DNA of 64,000 bases, from assembly GCA_964016885.1 (NCBI GenBank), contig OZ024754.1:12028001-12092000 (forward strand), written 5' to 3'. The position numbers and the translations under genes are program-made. Source of the DNA: Eledone cirrhosa (lineage: Eukaryota). Under the pieces are notes generated by a model. The model did no database searches. It was not told where the DNA came from and saw only the letters and a program-made list of their open reading frames with translations. Below are positions 1-14,727 of the stretch, one piece after another. Within the stretch, counting starts at the first letter, position 1, and each line of letters begins with the position of its first letter.

Positions 1-20
1 ATATTTATATTTATGTGTAT

Positions 21-178
21 ATTTATTAAAATAACAGATTAAAGTTTAAGCAAAGAATCGCTGCTTTCACCCTTAACGGGATCTTCTGAAACTAACAAAG
101 TCAATCTGTGAACGCAGAAGTGAATATTTCAAAAAACGTTGCACCCGGAGGAAGACAGGAAGACGATACTTTGGTTCG
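21..178 (-). mobile_element. 3'-end/pLTR fragment of a Penelope-like element (same family as 6360-7080)
   Basis: Reverse complement of ~6922-7080; contains degenerate hammerhead core CAGAAGA-tccc-gttaa-gggt-GAAA on minus strand. Confidence 0.7.
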
Positions 179-180
179 TG

Positions 181-860
181 GAAACGTTCCCTGGCAAAGA
201 ACGGGAAAAAACGAATATAATACGTCATTAATAGGAGCGGTGAAAAACAATTACACGCAAAGACAAAACCACGTTTATGGTATAAAAGAAGTCGTAGACT
301 AATATTCTCTTAGGTGGTTCATAGAGACGTTCTCTGGCAATGAACGGAAAAAACGAAGATAATACGTCATATGTGGAGCGTGGAGAACAATTGCACGCAA
401 AGACAAAACCACGTTTATGGTATAAAAGAAGTCGTAGACTAATATTCTCTTAGGTGGTTCATAGAGACGTTCTCTGGCAATGAACGGAAAAAACGAAGAT
501 AATACGTCATATGTGGAGCGTGGAGAACAATTGCACGCAAAGACAAAACCACGTTTATGGTATAAAAGAAGTCGTAGACTAATATTCTCTTAGGTGGTTC
601 ATAGAGACGTTCTCTGGCAATGAACGGAAAAAACGAAGATAATACGTCATATGTGGAGCGTGGAGAACAATTGCACGCAAAGACAAAACCACGTTTATGG
701 TATAAAAGAAGTCGTAGACTAATATTCTCTTAGGTGGTTCATAGAGACGTTCTCTGGCAATGAACGGAAAAAAACGAAGATAATACGTCATATGTGGAGC
801 GTAGAGAACAATTGCACGCAAAGACAAAACCACGTAAATGGTATAGCTGAAGTCGTAGAC
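181..860. repeat. 140-bp tandem repeat, ~4.9 copies
   Basis: aatattctcttaggtggttc recurs at 301, 441, 581, 721; first copy diverged. Confidence 0.95.
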
Positions 861-1212
861 ACAATTCTAACTAGGAAACCGAATGATTCTCGGCTTCAGA
901 GTTAAGAATAAAGTAAATAAAATACAGAGATAATTGAAATTAAATAAATACATACATGCATCCACATATATATATTTACACAGATTAGCAATACACTGTA
1001 CAGTAGGAGTTATTTCAAGCATTTACATATGTTTCATTGGAGTGTTTAGGAAGCCTGTCTGGAAATCGCTAGTCCCAATAATCTATCGGAAAAAATCGAA
1101 TTCAAATAAGGTGAAAGATTTTTTTTTTACTCCCGGAACAACAACAGAGTGATGACTTGTATTTGTTAGGATCTTATAAGAGGGGGGGGGGTGTGGAGGG
1201 GAAAAGGAGTAG

Positions 1213-2210
1213 ACTACAATAGCTGTAACAACAACAACAATAGCTGTAACAACAACAATAGCTGTAACAACAACAACAACTATAATAACAACAACAGCTA
1301 TAATAACAACAACTATAACAACAACAGTAATTACAACAACAACAATAGCTCTAACAACAACAACAATATCTACAACAACAACAATAGCTACAACAACAAC
1401 AACAATAGCTACAACAACAACAACTATAGCAACAACAACAACAATAGCTACAACAATAACTATAACAACAACAACAACAACAATAGCTACAACAACAATA
1501 ACTATAACAACAACAACAATAGCTACAACAACAATAACTATAACAACAACAACAATAGCTACAACAACAACAACAAAAATAGGTTCAACAACAATAACTA
1601 CAACAACAACAATAGCTACAACAACAATAACTATAACAACAACAACAATAGCTACAACAACAACAACAACAAAAATAGGTTCAACAACAATAACTACAAC
1701 AACAACAATAGCTACAACAACAATAACTTTAACAACAACAACAATAGCTACAACAACAACAACAACAAAAATAGGTTCAACAACAATAACTACAACAACA
1801 ACAATAGCTACAACAACAATAACTTTAACAACATCAACAATAGCTATAACAACAACAACAACAATAACTACAAGAACAACAATAACAATAGCTACAACAA
1901 CAACAACAACAATAACTATAACAGCAACAACAACAATAACTATAACAACAACAACAACAATAGCTACAACAACAATAACTATAACAACAACAACAACAAT
2001 AGCTACAACAACAATAACTATAACAACAACAACAACAACAACAACAATAGCTACAACAACAACAACAATAAGTTCAACAACAACAATAGCTACAACAATA
2101 ACTATAACAACAATAACTTTAACAACATCAACAATAGCTATAACAACAACAACAACAACAACAATAGCTACAAGAACGAGAACAAGAAGAAGAAGAAGAA
2201 GAAGAACAGA
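1213..2210 (+). repeat. Compound (AAC)n/(AAT/AGC/TAC) microsatellite ending in (AAG)n
   Basis: Directly visible; explains the poly-Asn ORF 1191-2300. Confidence 0.95.
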
Positions 2211-2590
2211 ACGCTACAGGAAAATGTTTTCAACTGTATAACAAGCGGAAGAAGAGAATCTCTAGAAAAAACATTAAGAAGACGTTTGAGAATCTCTTGA
2301 CTTTACATTAAGAAAGAGCTAAGTAAGGAGAGGGTGTTGTGTGGGGTCTGACTTTGTATTACATGGAAAACCTCAGTGAATATTAGAGACGTAAAATGAA
2401 GAGGAATTCCGTGGGTGATAAGTACTGTTGATGTATCTAAAAAAGGTTTCTGTAACCAGAGAGGCTTGTGCTATAATGCTTACTGAGAAAACTATTTGAA
2501 AAACTATCTGCTTCTATACTATTTTATTTCTCATTTGAGAGGATTCGATCTTGAAGCTGTTTAGCTATATTTAACAAATATTCGTCAACA

Positions 2591-2720
2591 ATGGCGGAAA
2601 CCGGTAGAATGTCTGACTAATTATAACGTTCAGTCTTCAGTTATAACATTCTGAGTTCAAATCCTGCCCTGGTTACATTTTTTTTTACCATTCTGGTGTC
2701 GATATAATAAAATACCACTT
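2591..2720 (+). mobile_element. Degenerate tRNA-derived SINE (family 1)
   Basis: A-box-like tggcggaaaccgg, B-box gagttcaaatcc, followed by gtcgat..aaaatacc core. Confidence 0.6.
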
Positions 2721-3184
2721 CGATTATGTCTTCACCCCTAGAATTAACACCGAGAAGTTCTTTCAAAAAGAGAAGACATACTCGATAATATAAACTCAGA
2801 TATGAGGGACGGCTGAAAAGCTCATGGTCTGAATATGAAGAAGTGATGCTAGAGATGTGAAATCTTGCATGCATTAATTTACACAGACATGTCTCTCTTT
2901 TAATCTACTCTCTCACAACCACTATCTCTTTCTCTATCGTTCTCTCTCTCTCTATTTATGAAGGTACCCAGGAAAACCCCGAATCTCGGGAACCCGTGCT
3001 CCGATTTACGCGAGACTTGTTTTTTTCCATTTGTATTCCCATTTCAGCGGTAACTTCCTTTCAAAGTATTTTCCCATTATGCGCCGTTTTGGTTGTATTA
3101 AATTATAGACAAGACACAATCACAGAGTTTAGTAGTATATAGATAAAGCTGTACATGATAGTTACTATGTGTCTAGCTTCCTTT

Positions 3185-3530
3185 GGCGGCGAATTGACAG
3201 AGTTGTTAGAAAGATTGGCTAGAATGCTTTGAGTCATTTGTTCCGGTTTTCCGTATTTTGAGTTCAAATGCCGCCGAGGTCATATTTGCCTTTTACCCTT
3301 CTGGTGTCTATAAAATAAAAATACCGCATCACGTCCTTATAATCTATTGTCTTCACCCTTCCAAATTTGTGTCTTAATATTCAATATGTTTAGAATGGTG
3401 GACTGGTACTTTTTTTTATCGACTTCGAAAGGATGAAAGGCAAAGTTGATCTCGGCGAGTGCAGAAAGTCGGAAAGAATATCGCAAAGCATTCTGTTCGA
3501 AGTTCTAATGATTCTGCCAAGTCACCGCCT
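3185..3530. mobile_element. Two degenerate SINE family 1 copies in opposite orientation (3185-3325 +, 3400-3530 -)
   Basis: gagttcaaatgccgccgagg...taaaataaaaatacc on +; ctggtac...atcgac..ggatgaaaggcaaagttg on -. Confidence 0.65.
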
Positions 3531-4312
3531 GTATATAGAATAATGAACAGCTAATTATCCTATATAATTGAGAGTTTAGCCGTTTATATTGTGTCCCTGA
3601 CCAAGTGACGTAGAAAGACTTATACTTTTGGTATTGCCATCTTGATTAACAAGCATGACAATTCAAACAAATTGTTTCCCTCTTCACACATGCGATCAAT
3701 GGTGATAATCCCCCCCACCCATTCTTGTTACGCTTCTGCCATGACTCTAACTCTTTAATGTTCTGGTCCCCATAGATTTAATTAAGTATATCAGTGATAT
3801 AATTCCCTGTTGTAGTAATTCGTTGCATTGGAAGAACCCCCCTCCCTCCCACCAAACAAAACAAAAAGAAATAACGAGTGCATTCAATTTATCAAATTTA
3901 TCACAGTGAAATCTACTTGCGAAAACTTCTTACCCTATCCCAAAGGATTTCTACTCCTCATTCAGTTAGCATGGTGGAGACTGAACATAACCACAAATGG
4001 AGCTTTTAGATTTGATTGCATAAAATTTGAAGAATCTAATGTTGAGCCATGCAATAATGATTCATTTGTAAAGATATTAGATTGCTGTTTTAAGCCAACG
4101 ATGGAGCTTCTACACAGTCAGTGGATCTGCTAGAAATAACACCCAGACATTCTTTAAAAAAGACAAGACATGTTCGATAATGTAAACTTAGGTTCAGCTG
4201 AAAATTCATAGGCTGAATATGAAGGAGTGATGCTAGTGCTGTAAAATCTTGCATGCATTAATCATTGCGGTTCCATAAAGTCACAAGTACTAGCTCACTT
4301 TAAATACCCTCA

Positions 4313-4475
4313 AATAATTGTTTCTACGTTAGGCACAAGGCCAGCAATTACCCAGTGCATTACTGGTACTTTATTTTATCGACCCCGTAAGGACGAAAGG
4401 CAAAGTCAACCTCGGCGGGATTTGAACTCGGAATGGCAAGGGCCGTAACTCTATACGTCAAAGCATGGCGTTTAG
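4313..4475 (-). mobile_element. SINE family 1, young 5'-truncated copy
   Basis: Near-identical to copies at 30627-30810, 46681-46870, 49022-49212. Confidence 0.85.
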
Positions 4476-5091
4476 AGTTAATACCCTCAAATAATGAGTT
4501 ACATTCTATTAAAAAAGCCGGTGATAAAATATAGAGGAGCAAAATGTCTGTATGGATCAGTAACCCCTGATTGAGTGGTTGGCACATGTGTTGGGTATTT
4601 TAGACCTAGCCGAGGTTTGAACAATTTAGACCTCTCGAGGTTTGAACAGAGCCAAATTCTTCCAGAGAAGGAGAGACAGAGTGAGAGGGAGAAAGTGAAT
4701 AGGAGATATAGAGGAAAATCAACCTCTGTAATGGACAGGTACAGTTTTTATCTACGTAGAAAAAATGAAAGAGTAAGTTAATCTCGGTGAGATTTAAACG
4801 TAGAGAACGCAGTGAACCTTAACGAATACTGCAAAGTTTTCTATCTGACGTTCGAACGACTCGACCAGTTCGTTACCATAGAAATAAAATACTGGATAGT
4901 TTCAACAGATTACACATTATGAGTGGGTTGTGTTTAAGAAATAAATCAATGTTAAATTGAATTTTAATTGAAATTTAATTTGATGCGCTAAATAATGATA
5001 AAAGGCGTTCGGATAATTAGCTCACTAGCTAACTGCAAGATATCACATACACGTGGACGGCTAATTAGTCTTCAATTATTGTATCAAATAC

Positions 5092-5241
5092 ATAAGTAGC
5101 TTTAATGAATACTTTAATAATTGCTGTTTTTATGTACTGCGTCTTATACAATGATAAATCGTTTAATGTATAGAATATATTTATCATTGTATAAGACGCA
5201 GTACATAAAAACAGCAATTATTAAAGTATTCATTAAAGCTA

Positions 5242-5247
<6 letters not shown>
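5092..5247. repeat. Fold-back inverted repeat, ~68-bp arms
   Basis: ataagtagctttaatg...caatgataaat / atttatcattg...cattaaagctacttat; abuts (TA)n. Confidence 0.9.
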
Positions 5248-5294
<47 letters not shown>

Positions 5295-5296
<2 letters not shown>

Positions 5297-5905
5297 TAGC
5301 CGAATTACCCGCGCCTTGCTGCGTTTCACACATTTTTTTTGGTAAGAAAATGATGATTGATTTTAAATCAGTGATATGATTTATGAAGAAAAACTCTGCA
5401 TTTCAATATTACTTAATGTAAAATGTAATGCATGAAAAATTGTAAACATTATTTTTTGTAATATATCAAATCAAAATTACATTATTAAATCTTATTCTTA
5501 TTTTATTTCTTGTAAATCATTTTTTTCAAAATATCTATTCAAAACTTTTGTGAATAGGCATCATATCTTGTCATTTACCTATGGTTTAAATTTCATATAA
5601 ATCGAGGGGAAATTTTTTTCAGCGTGGGTTTGTGCGCCCGGGGAATCTTTATAAGGGTTTAATCCCCATGAGGGTGTCTTAATATTATTGAAATTTGCTG
5701 AAATTTTGAGAATAGGCATCATATCTTGTCATTTACCTGTGGTTTGTGCCCCTGGGAAACCCTTTGATTAAAATCAAATATACTTATCCGAGTACCCTGT
5801 AGTTTCAGAATATATATGGTAATGGGGGTCTATCTCCAAAACTATAGAAGGAGTTCGTGAACAAACAAACAAACAGACAGGAACTACAACTACAACTACA
5901 ACAAT
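5295..5905 (-). mobile_element. Non-autonomous Helitron-like element
   Basis: Minus strand ends in CTAG|T preceded by a GC-rich hairpin-like motif (cgcagcaaggcgcggg); internal duplication (5553-5643 vs 5710-5757); (CAAA)/(CAGA) repeat near the other end. Confidence 0.45.
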
Positions 5906-5995
5906 ATATATATGTATATATATATATGTATGTAAAAAGTAAACAGAAATAACAACACAATCGGTACAGTATATGGAAGGGATATATTAGGTTAA

Positions 5996-6052
<57 letters not shown>

Positions 6053-6137
6053 AAAAGTAAACGGCAACAACAAAACAAACACCACAGTACAATAAAGAAA
6101 TATATCAGTTTAACGCTTGATATAGTAGGAAAATATG

Positions 6138-6172
6138 CTTAACATTTCGGACACTAGTCCTTCATCAGAAGA
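6138..6172 (-). ncRNA. Minimal type I hammerhead ribozyme
   Basis: Minus strand: tctt-CTGATGA-a-GGAC-tagt-GTCC-GAAA-tgtt-aag; same family as 22975-23010. Confidence 0.7.
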
Positions 6173-6251
6173 TAGAATGAGAAATAAAAGCTGAAATAGA
6201 AAGATAAAGTGAGCAGAGGAATGAGCGGAAACAATTCTGTGTATTCAGTCA

Positions 6252-6297
<46 letters not shown>

Positions 6298-6305
6298 TGA
6301 CTGTA

Positions 6306-6351
<46 letters not shown>

Positions 6352-6359
6352 ATAATAAT

Positions 6360-7072
6360 AAAATTGAAGACTAAAATCCAGAGAGGGCTCGATAAGGAAA
6401 ATATATATCAAATATATAAGAACCGAAGAGCAAATATTTATTAAAATAACAGATTAAAGTTTAAGCAAAGAATCGCTGCTTTCACCCTTAACGGGATCTT
6501 CTGAAACTAACAAATAGTTTCAAGCAGCGTCTTTACATGCATACCCATTCTTTTCGTTACCCTCTAGAAGGAATATGACGTCACTTTCAGCTTATATCTG
6601 GAGTCTAAAAGACAACCACACCCAATATAAGTTACACTGGGAGATCCTAGCTAGGGCTAGATCGTATAACGGAAATAAAAGACCATGTGACCTCTGCGCC
6701 GCTGAGGCCCTGGAAATACTCTACGCCACAGACCACATCTTAAACAAAAAATCTGAGGCAATTTCGGCTTGTAAACATAAATTGCACAAAACTTTCCTGT
6801 ATTACAGCCCTACGTTATACCCTAACGGATAGCACGATCTATACGTGGATATTTACGTCTTGATGTGGGAAGTATATGTTTTGTTTATTCCTTTACTTAT
6901 TTGCATAGCGAACGTCACCATGAACCAAAGTATCGTCTTCCTGTCTTCCTCCGGTTGCAACGTTTTTTGAAATATCCAGTTCTGCGTTTACAGATTGACT
7001 TTGTTAGTTTCAGAAGATCCCGTTAAGGGTGAAAGCAGCGATTCTTTGCTTAAACTTTAATCTGTTATTTTA

Positions 7073-7080
<8 letters not shown>
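6360..7080 (+). mobile_element. 5'-truncated Penelope-like (Naiad-like) insertion with inverted 3' segment
   Basis: 6433-6514 is the reverse complement of ~6999-7080; endonuclease C-terminus between the arms; flanked by (TA)n on both sides. Confidence 0.85.
6513..6832 (+). pseudogene. GIY-YIG endonuclease C-terminal fragment of a Penelope-like element (one frameshift near 6565)
   Basis: NSFKQRLYMHTHSFR / TSLSAYIWSLK..WEIL..CDLC..E..ILNKKSE..SACKHK aligns with the C-terminus of ORF 19064-20686. Confidence 0.85.
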
Positions 7081-7136
<56 letters not shown>

Positions 7137-7142
<6 letters not shown>

Positions 7143-7530
7143 CATTATGAAGAGAGAAGAAACATTAGATATAATTAATAAGATATATCATACCCAAACT
7201 GCTTCTTTAGTCCCCGACTACGTAGTTTCGTGGCATATTATGCAACTCTTAATGAGGTATCCTCTTGATAAGTCGGCAGACCTCACAAAACTCTATATCT
7301 CTGTGATGTAGTGTTTTTGCATAATATACCACGAAACTACGTAGTCGGGGACTAAAGAAGCAGTTTGGGTATGATATATCTTATTATTAATTATATCTAA
7401 TGTTTCTTCTCTCTTCATAATGTATTATATAGCTCTGATACTGAATCAATCTAATCCATTCGGATTGGTTTGTCCCAGTTATTCATAGAGCAACATCGGT
7501 TGAGGTTGGTACCACTAACTCAAGGATATA
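7137..7530 (+). mobile_element. Fold-back pLTR fragment with 3' half of a hammerhead
   Basis: Arms 7137-7245 / 7317-7430; GAAAC-tacgta-GTC-gggg (palindromic stem III, GUC site); one-sided tail. Confidence 0.7.
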
Positions 7531-7756
7531 TGTGGATATATTAATGTATATATCTATGTCCGCATGTATCTGTGTGTTTCTCTATATATTATATATATAT
7601 ATATATATATGCAAAAGTTCTATTTAAATTGTTGGGATACAACAAGCAAATATTTTTATAACTGATATAAAGCACTATCCTTGATGTCTTCCAAAAGTAA
7701 CGGTTGCATTTTGAAAGGGTACGTCAATATTTATTTATAAAACTGGTATATATTGT

Positions 7757-7820
7757 ATTTTGTCTGATGAAAGCATACCATCATTTAACATGGTATCCTT
7801 GAAATATGTATAATAAAATA
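7757..7820 (+). ncRNA. Hammerhead ribozyme motif
   Basis: tattttgt-CTGATGA-aagc-ATACCAT..ATGGTAT-cctt-GAAA-tatgta-ta-ataaaata. Confidence 0.6.
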
Positions 7821-7889
7821 GATATGGTTTTATAAATATAGTTTCCATTTGTTAATATCGTATATATATATATATATATTTATGACTGA

Positions 7890-7940
<51 letters not shown>

Positions 7941-7942
<2 letters not shown>

Positions 7943-8346
7943 TAGAAGGGATATTTAGTTTGTTGGAAATCCGACAGATATAAATGTTTATAACTGATTT
8001 AGAGCACTCGACAGATTTCTGGAGTAAATATTCAATGATATTAAATAAATGGAAACTATATTTATAAAACCATATTTATTTTATTATATATATTTCAAGG
8101 GTACCAAAACACTTTGGTACGCTTTCTTCCAGTTGAATATTCTCTGGATAATCAAGATATTCTCTGGACTATCCAGAGAATATTCTACTGATAAGGTATG
8201 ATTTTCCTGGGTATGTCTCTATTTATAAAAAAAACTTTGTATTTTATCTGAGGAAAGCGTACCAAAGTGTTTTGGTACCGTTGAAATATATATAATAAAA
8301 TAAATATGGTTTTATAAATATAGTTTCCATTTATTTAATATCATTG
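7941..8346. mobile_element. Fold-back pLTR element with hammerhead (8241-8302 +)
   Basis: Arms ~8032-8127 / 8251-8346; CTGAGGA..GTACCAAA-gtgt-TTTGGTAC..GAAA-tatata; left tail contains agagcactcg. Confidence 0.75.
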
Positions 8347-8358
8347 TATATATATATA

Positions 8359-8751
8359 CGAGGGCAATCCCCAAAGTAAGGTCTCCTTCCGATATTGCAA
8401 CTTTTCCGTTAAAATCCTGTGGATGGTGCTTCGGGAAACCTCAGGAACCAAAATGCAGAGAGCATCCAGAGTGATCCGCCGATCTGTACGCATGTTTTCC
8501 TCGGAAGGAGACCTTACTTTTGGGATTGCCCACTATATAACAACTTCGCGAAATTCGCACTTGGCGGTAGCGTTCAACGGGAGCTCAATTCTCAACGGCT
8601 GCCAAGCCAAGATTGAGCATCCCAGCGAAGCGCGCGCATGTTTGTTTGGGAGTGAAGGAAGCACCAATCACAACAGTGTTGCCAACAGCCCTACGAACAG
8701 TTTCTCTGCGTCCCCATCGCTTTGGAGACCTTACTTTTGGGATTACCCTCG
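8359..8751. mobile_element. Tc1/mariner-type MITE
   Basis: 28-bp TIRs cgagggcaatccccaaagtaaggtctcc / ggagaccttacttttgggattaccctcg, TA on both sides. Confidence 0.85.
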
Positions 8752-9182
8752 TAAATTCCTCTCTAGCATCTTAGCAGTGAGATTTAGTTAACATGTTGAG
8801 CACTACTGATGAACGACCCTAACCGTGACTAACCCCACTGAAAAGTTTCGTGAAATAGTCTTTTAAGACTATATAGTGCATTTGTAGATTTCCCCAAATT
8901 GACGGTTAAGTATTCCTTCTTGATTTTATTTTGAGTTAAGATTGTATTGGTTTTTTTCCCCAACTTACACAAAGTCTGAGGACAAAATTTTTCTTCTTGA
9001 CTTGTTTTGAATTAAGATTGAATTATTTATCCCAAATCTTACGTTAAACATTTTTCATCTTGATGTTATAGTCACTTATATGTCTGAATTATTATCGGCT
9101 TTTTGCTTACATTAATTTCTCTATTTTCATTTATATTATATATATATATATTTATTTATATATACAGTATATATATATACAT

Positions 9183-9395
<213 letters not shown>

Positions 9396-9679
9396 CAATC
9401 GAATACATATTTAATATTCTTATATTTTGAATCATCTTGTCAAGAGTGTAGTTTGTAATTTAAATGATACACTACTGATAATTTCTAATGAACCTATTAA
9501 CATAAATTGAACAAGTAATACATAAACTGAAGAGAGATTTTAGACAGCAAACATTATTGTATAAGTATTAAATATCTGAGAGACGCCATCCAACTGCTTC
9601 TGTTTTTTACGTCATTCGGCTTTTATGTTTCACTGATATACATTCAGAAAAGACATCGTAACCCTGCTCCACATATATA

Positions 9680-9858
9680 CAGTGCCGGATTCAGGACAAA
9701 TGAGGCCCTGTGTTAGTTAAGTCATGAGGCCCTTTACTTGGGTCCTGAAGGAGCTAGGCCTGGTCAAAATATATTTTTTTGGCAGTAAGATGGGGCCACC
9801 TGGCCAAACAAGGCCCTGTATTCAAGCACACCTAAGCACAACGGTAAGCTCGGCACTG
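9680..9858. mobile_element. hAT-type MITE
   Basis: TIRs cagtgccg / cggcactg; 8-bp TSD catatata / catatatg. Confidence 0.7.
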
Positions 9859-11089
9859 CATATATGGTGTACTTCCGCATAGTTTCTGTCAACCAAATAC
9901 TACTCATTTTCCCCATGGAGCGCAGCTGAAGCACCACTCAGCTTGGGATGTAGTGTCTGTCCTTCCCCCTCTTCTTTTTTTTTCGGTGCAGCTGAAGCCA
10001 CGCTTAGCTTGGAATGTAGTGTCTGTTCCTCCCCTTCCCCCTTTCTCTCGTTGCTTGATCCTATTTTTCTTTTTCTTCTCTTCCTTTACTTTGTTTTTTT
10101 CTCTTTTTTGTTCCCTTTAATAGTTTTTTTTATTTATTAGATACTGCTCTATCATTTTTACATATCTACTTATCTACATATCGACTTCAAATTTTAAATA
10201 AACTGCTTTTATGTCATAAAAAAGACCCTCAAAGATATTGTTCAAACTGAAGCCATGATCGAAGATACGGGATGAGGGATGCTTAAAGTTTTTAGACTAA
10301 TCGATCACTCCAGGAAATCCTTGGCTCCGTCAAGGAATCCTTGACCCCCCCCATCGACTCCAGGAATGTATGAAAATAAAAACTAAATAAATAAATAAAT
10401 CTACGAATAGAATATAAAATAATTAGACAATAAAAACTAATCTATATTATAATTTACCTTCCGAGTTTAAATCTCGCTGATGTCTTCCTGGGTCGATAAA
10501 ATAAAGTACCAGTCATATACTGGATTAACATAATCGGCATACTCCCACACCACTACACCAAAAATTTCTGGATTTTTGCCTATGTTATAAAACCATTTCT
10601 TACAAAAGTATCAGTTTGTAGCTCATAAATTAAATCTATCCCTCCGTGTAGCCCCATTAACCCCATAATGGTCGATATTGACCATTTTGAGGACCTCTTG
10701 CACTATCCCATAGCGTTTTACAGTAGAATCGAACCCTGAACTATGTCGTTGCAAAGGTTACGTTTTAACCACACAGACATGACTATGCTTTACTTAGTAA
10801 CTTTTTCCAATAATACTTCAGTAAATGCCAAGAAGTTTTCATTGATGCAGCTTTAAGACAAAGAAAACATGGATTGTCTTCAGAAAACAGTGAAATAATT
10901 AAAATAATCTTAGACATTGACTAATGTCTTTTTGCTTGTTGCATAATGACTTCTAGTAAATTTTTAATGTTCACTACGTTAAATATGCTAACACTAACTG
11001 AACTGGACAAATCAGACATTAAACAGACGCTCATCTCCGCAAGCATATAGATGTGGACACACATACACACATATGTTGAGATTATACAC

Positions 11090-12194
<1,105 letters not shown>

Positions 12195-12195
12195 T

Positions 12196-12238
<43 letters not shown>

Positions 12239-12434
12239 TATACATATATATAAAAACATACATATATATACACATAGACACACACATATCCATACATAAA
12301 TATACACACATATATATACACATACATACATATACACACATCCACACTAAAAACATACATATACACACATATATAAACATATACATATACACACATACAT
12401 ACATATACACATATACATACAAATACACATACAC

Positions 12435-12475
<41 letters not shown>

Positions 12476-12796
12476 CAAATACATATATATGTACATACAC
12501 GTACATATACACAGACATATACATATAATTACACATACTATATAGACACAGATATATATAACCACACACATACATGCACATATACAACACTTACATACTA
12601 ATATACATACAGATATACACATACATAGCTATATATACACACAAATATATACATATTTACATATATACACATACAGACAAATACTTACGCATCTATATAT
12701 CGGTATATACATACAAACACCACTACACTATCACACAACTTAGAAATACAAAGAGAAAGGTATATACCTATACACACATACATATACAAATAGAAA

Positions 12797-12838
<42 letters not shown>

Positions 12839-12877
12839 CACACACACATACATATACATATATATATATATATAACA

Positions 12878-12921
<44 letters not shown>

Positions 12922-13273
12922 CACATACAAATACACATACACACACATACAGATATATACACATACATACATGTACACTCACATAGAAATATTTACACAT
13001 ACACACATACACACATACATATAAAATCATACACACACATACACCTACACGAACATACACATACACATATATAAAGATATATATATACACACACACACAC
13101 GCAACACATACACACATACACATATATATAAAAAATAAATAATAAAGATATATACATATATACATATACACACACATATATATATATATATACATATATA
13201 ACAATTAAGTCATAGAAAAAGCATATAGCGATATGTGCTTTTACGATTCTCTAGAGAGGCCGGAAGATAGGTA

Positions 13274-13318
13274 AATATTGCTGATGAGTTGTAACAACAA
13301 CGAAACTAGTTCAATATT
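13274..13318 (+). ncRNA. Type I hammerhead ribozyme, unit 1
   Basis: AATATTG-CTGATGA-GTTGT-aaca-ACAAC-GAAA-CTAG-TT-CAATATT: stem I 7 bp, stem II 5 bp, palindromic stem III, GUU site. Confidence 0.9.
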
Positions 13319-13742
13319 CCTTGTCTGGCTTTCTGGAGAATAGAGGAAAGGTGTTTCCTCAAAAACCAGTATGACTCTAAAAACCGGTTTGTCTGTGTGT
13401 TTACATACAGAATAGCTGGCCACTCACAGTAAAGTGATCAGTGAAAAAAAACTTGGTACATCTACATATGTATACGTGTGTGTATTCATATACATACTAG
13501 TATTTCAGTATACATATATGGATGTACATCTTTGACTTAATTGTTTGAGCGTTAGTCATACAAAAGTGAGTTACAAACGAAACGAAATTTAATTTCGTTT
13601 CGTTATTTGTTTTTATCGTCTCCGTTGAACCGGTACTTACTCACACTCTATGCAAGTTGGTCTGCCCACTACTAATTTTCATAGAAAAAGCATATAGCGA
13701 TATGTGCTTTTACGATTCTCTAGAGAGGCCGGAAGATAGGTA

Positions 13743-13787
13743 AATATTGCTGATGAGTTGTAACAACAACGAAACTAGTTCAATATT
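13743..13787 (+). ncRNA. Type I hammerhead ribozyme, unit 2
   Basis: Identical to unit 1. Confidence 0.9.
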
Positions 13788-14212
13788 CCTTGTCTGGCTT
13801 TCTGGAGAATAGAGGAAAGGTGTTTCCTCAAAAACCAGTATGACTCTAAAAACCGGTTTGTCTGTGTGTTTACATACAGAATAGCTGGCCACTCACAGTA
13901 AAGTGATCAGTGAAAAAAAAACTTGGTACATCTACATATGTATACGTGTGTGTATTCATATACATACTAGTATTTCAGTATACATATATGGATGTACATC
14001 TTTGACTTAATTGTTTGAGCGTCAGTCATACAAAAGTGAGTTACAAACGAAACGAAATTTAATTTCGTTTCGTTATTTGTTTTTATCGTCTCCGTTGAAC
14101 CGGTACTTACTCACACTCTATGCAAGTTGGTCTGCCCACTACTAATTTTCATAGAAAAAGCATATAGCGATATGTGCTTTTACGATTCTCTAGAGAGGCC
14201 GGAAGATAGGTA

Positions 14213-14257
14213 AATATTGCTGATGAGTTGTAACAACAACGAAACTAGTTCAATATT
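14213..14257 (+). ncRNA. Type I hammerhead ribozyme, unit 3
   Basis: Identical to unit 1. Confidence 0.9.
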
Positions 14258-14682
14258 CCTTGTCTGGCTTTCTGGAGAATAGAGGAAAGGTGTTTCCTCA
14301 AAAACCAGTATGACTCTAAAAACCGGTTTGTCTGTGTGTTTACATACAGAATAGCTGGCCACTCACAGTAAAGTGATCAGTGAAAAAAAAACTTGGTACA
14401 TCTACATATGTATACGTGTGTGTATTCATATACATACTAGTATTTCAGTATACATATATGGATGTACATCTTTGACTTAATTGTTTGAGCGTCAGTCATA
14501 CAAAAGTGAGTTACAAACGAAACGAAATTTAATTTCGTTTCGTTATTTGTTTTTATCGTCTCCGTTGAACCGGTACTTACTCACACTCTATGCAAGTTGG
14601 TCTGCCCACTACTAATTTTCATAGAAAAAGCATATAGCGATATGTGCTTTTACGATTCTCTAGAGAGGCCGGAAGATAGGTA

Positions 14683-14727
14683 AATATTGCTGATGAGTTG
14701 TAACAACAACGAAACTAGTTCAATATT
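14683..14727 (+). ncRNA. Type I hammerhead ribozyme, unit 4
   Basis: Identical to unit 1. Confidence 0.9.

Noticed and set aside
1191-2300. 369-aa poly-Asn ORF
   Set aside because: Translation of an (AAC)n compound microsatellite with a GTG start; no domain content.
6832-7080. SECIS element downstream of Naiad-like ORFs
   Set aside because: No convincing AUGA/GA quartet with an apical AAR found by eye, and no in-frame UGA in either ORF.
10822-10924. Possible plus-strand terminal exon (KCQEVFIDAALRQRKHGLSSENSEIIKIILDID*)
   Set aside because: Plausible acceptor but no homology recognised and no partner exons; insufficient support.
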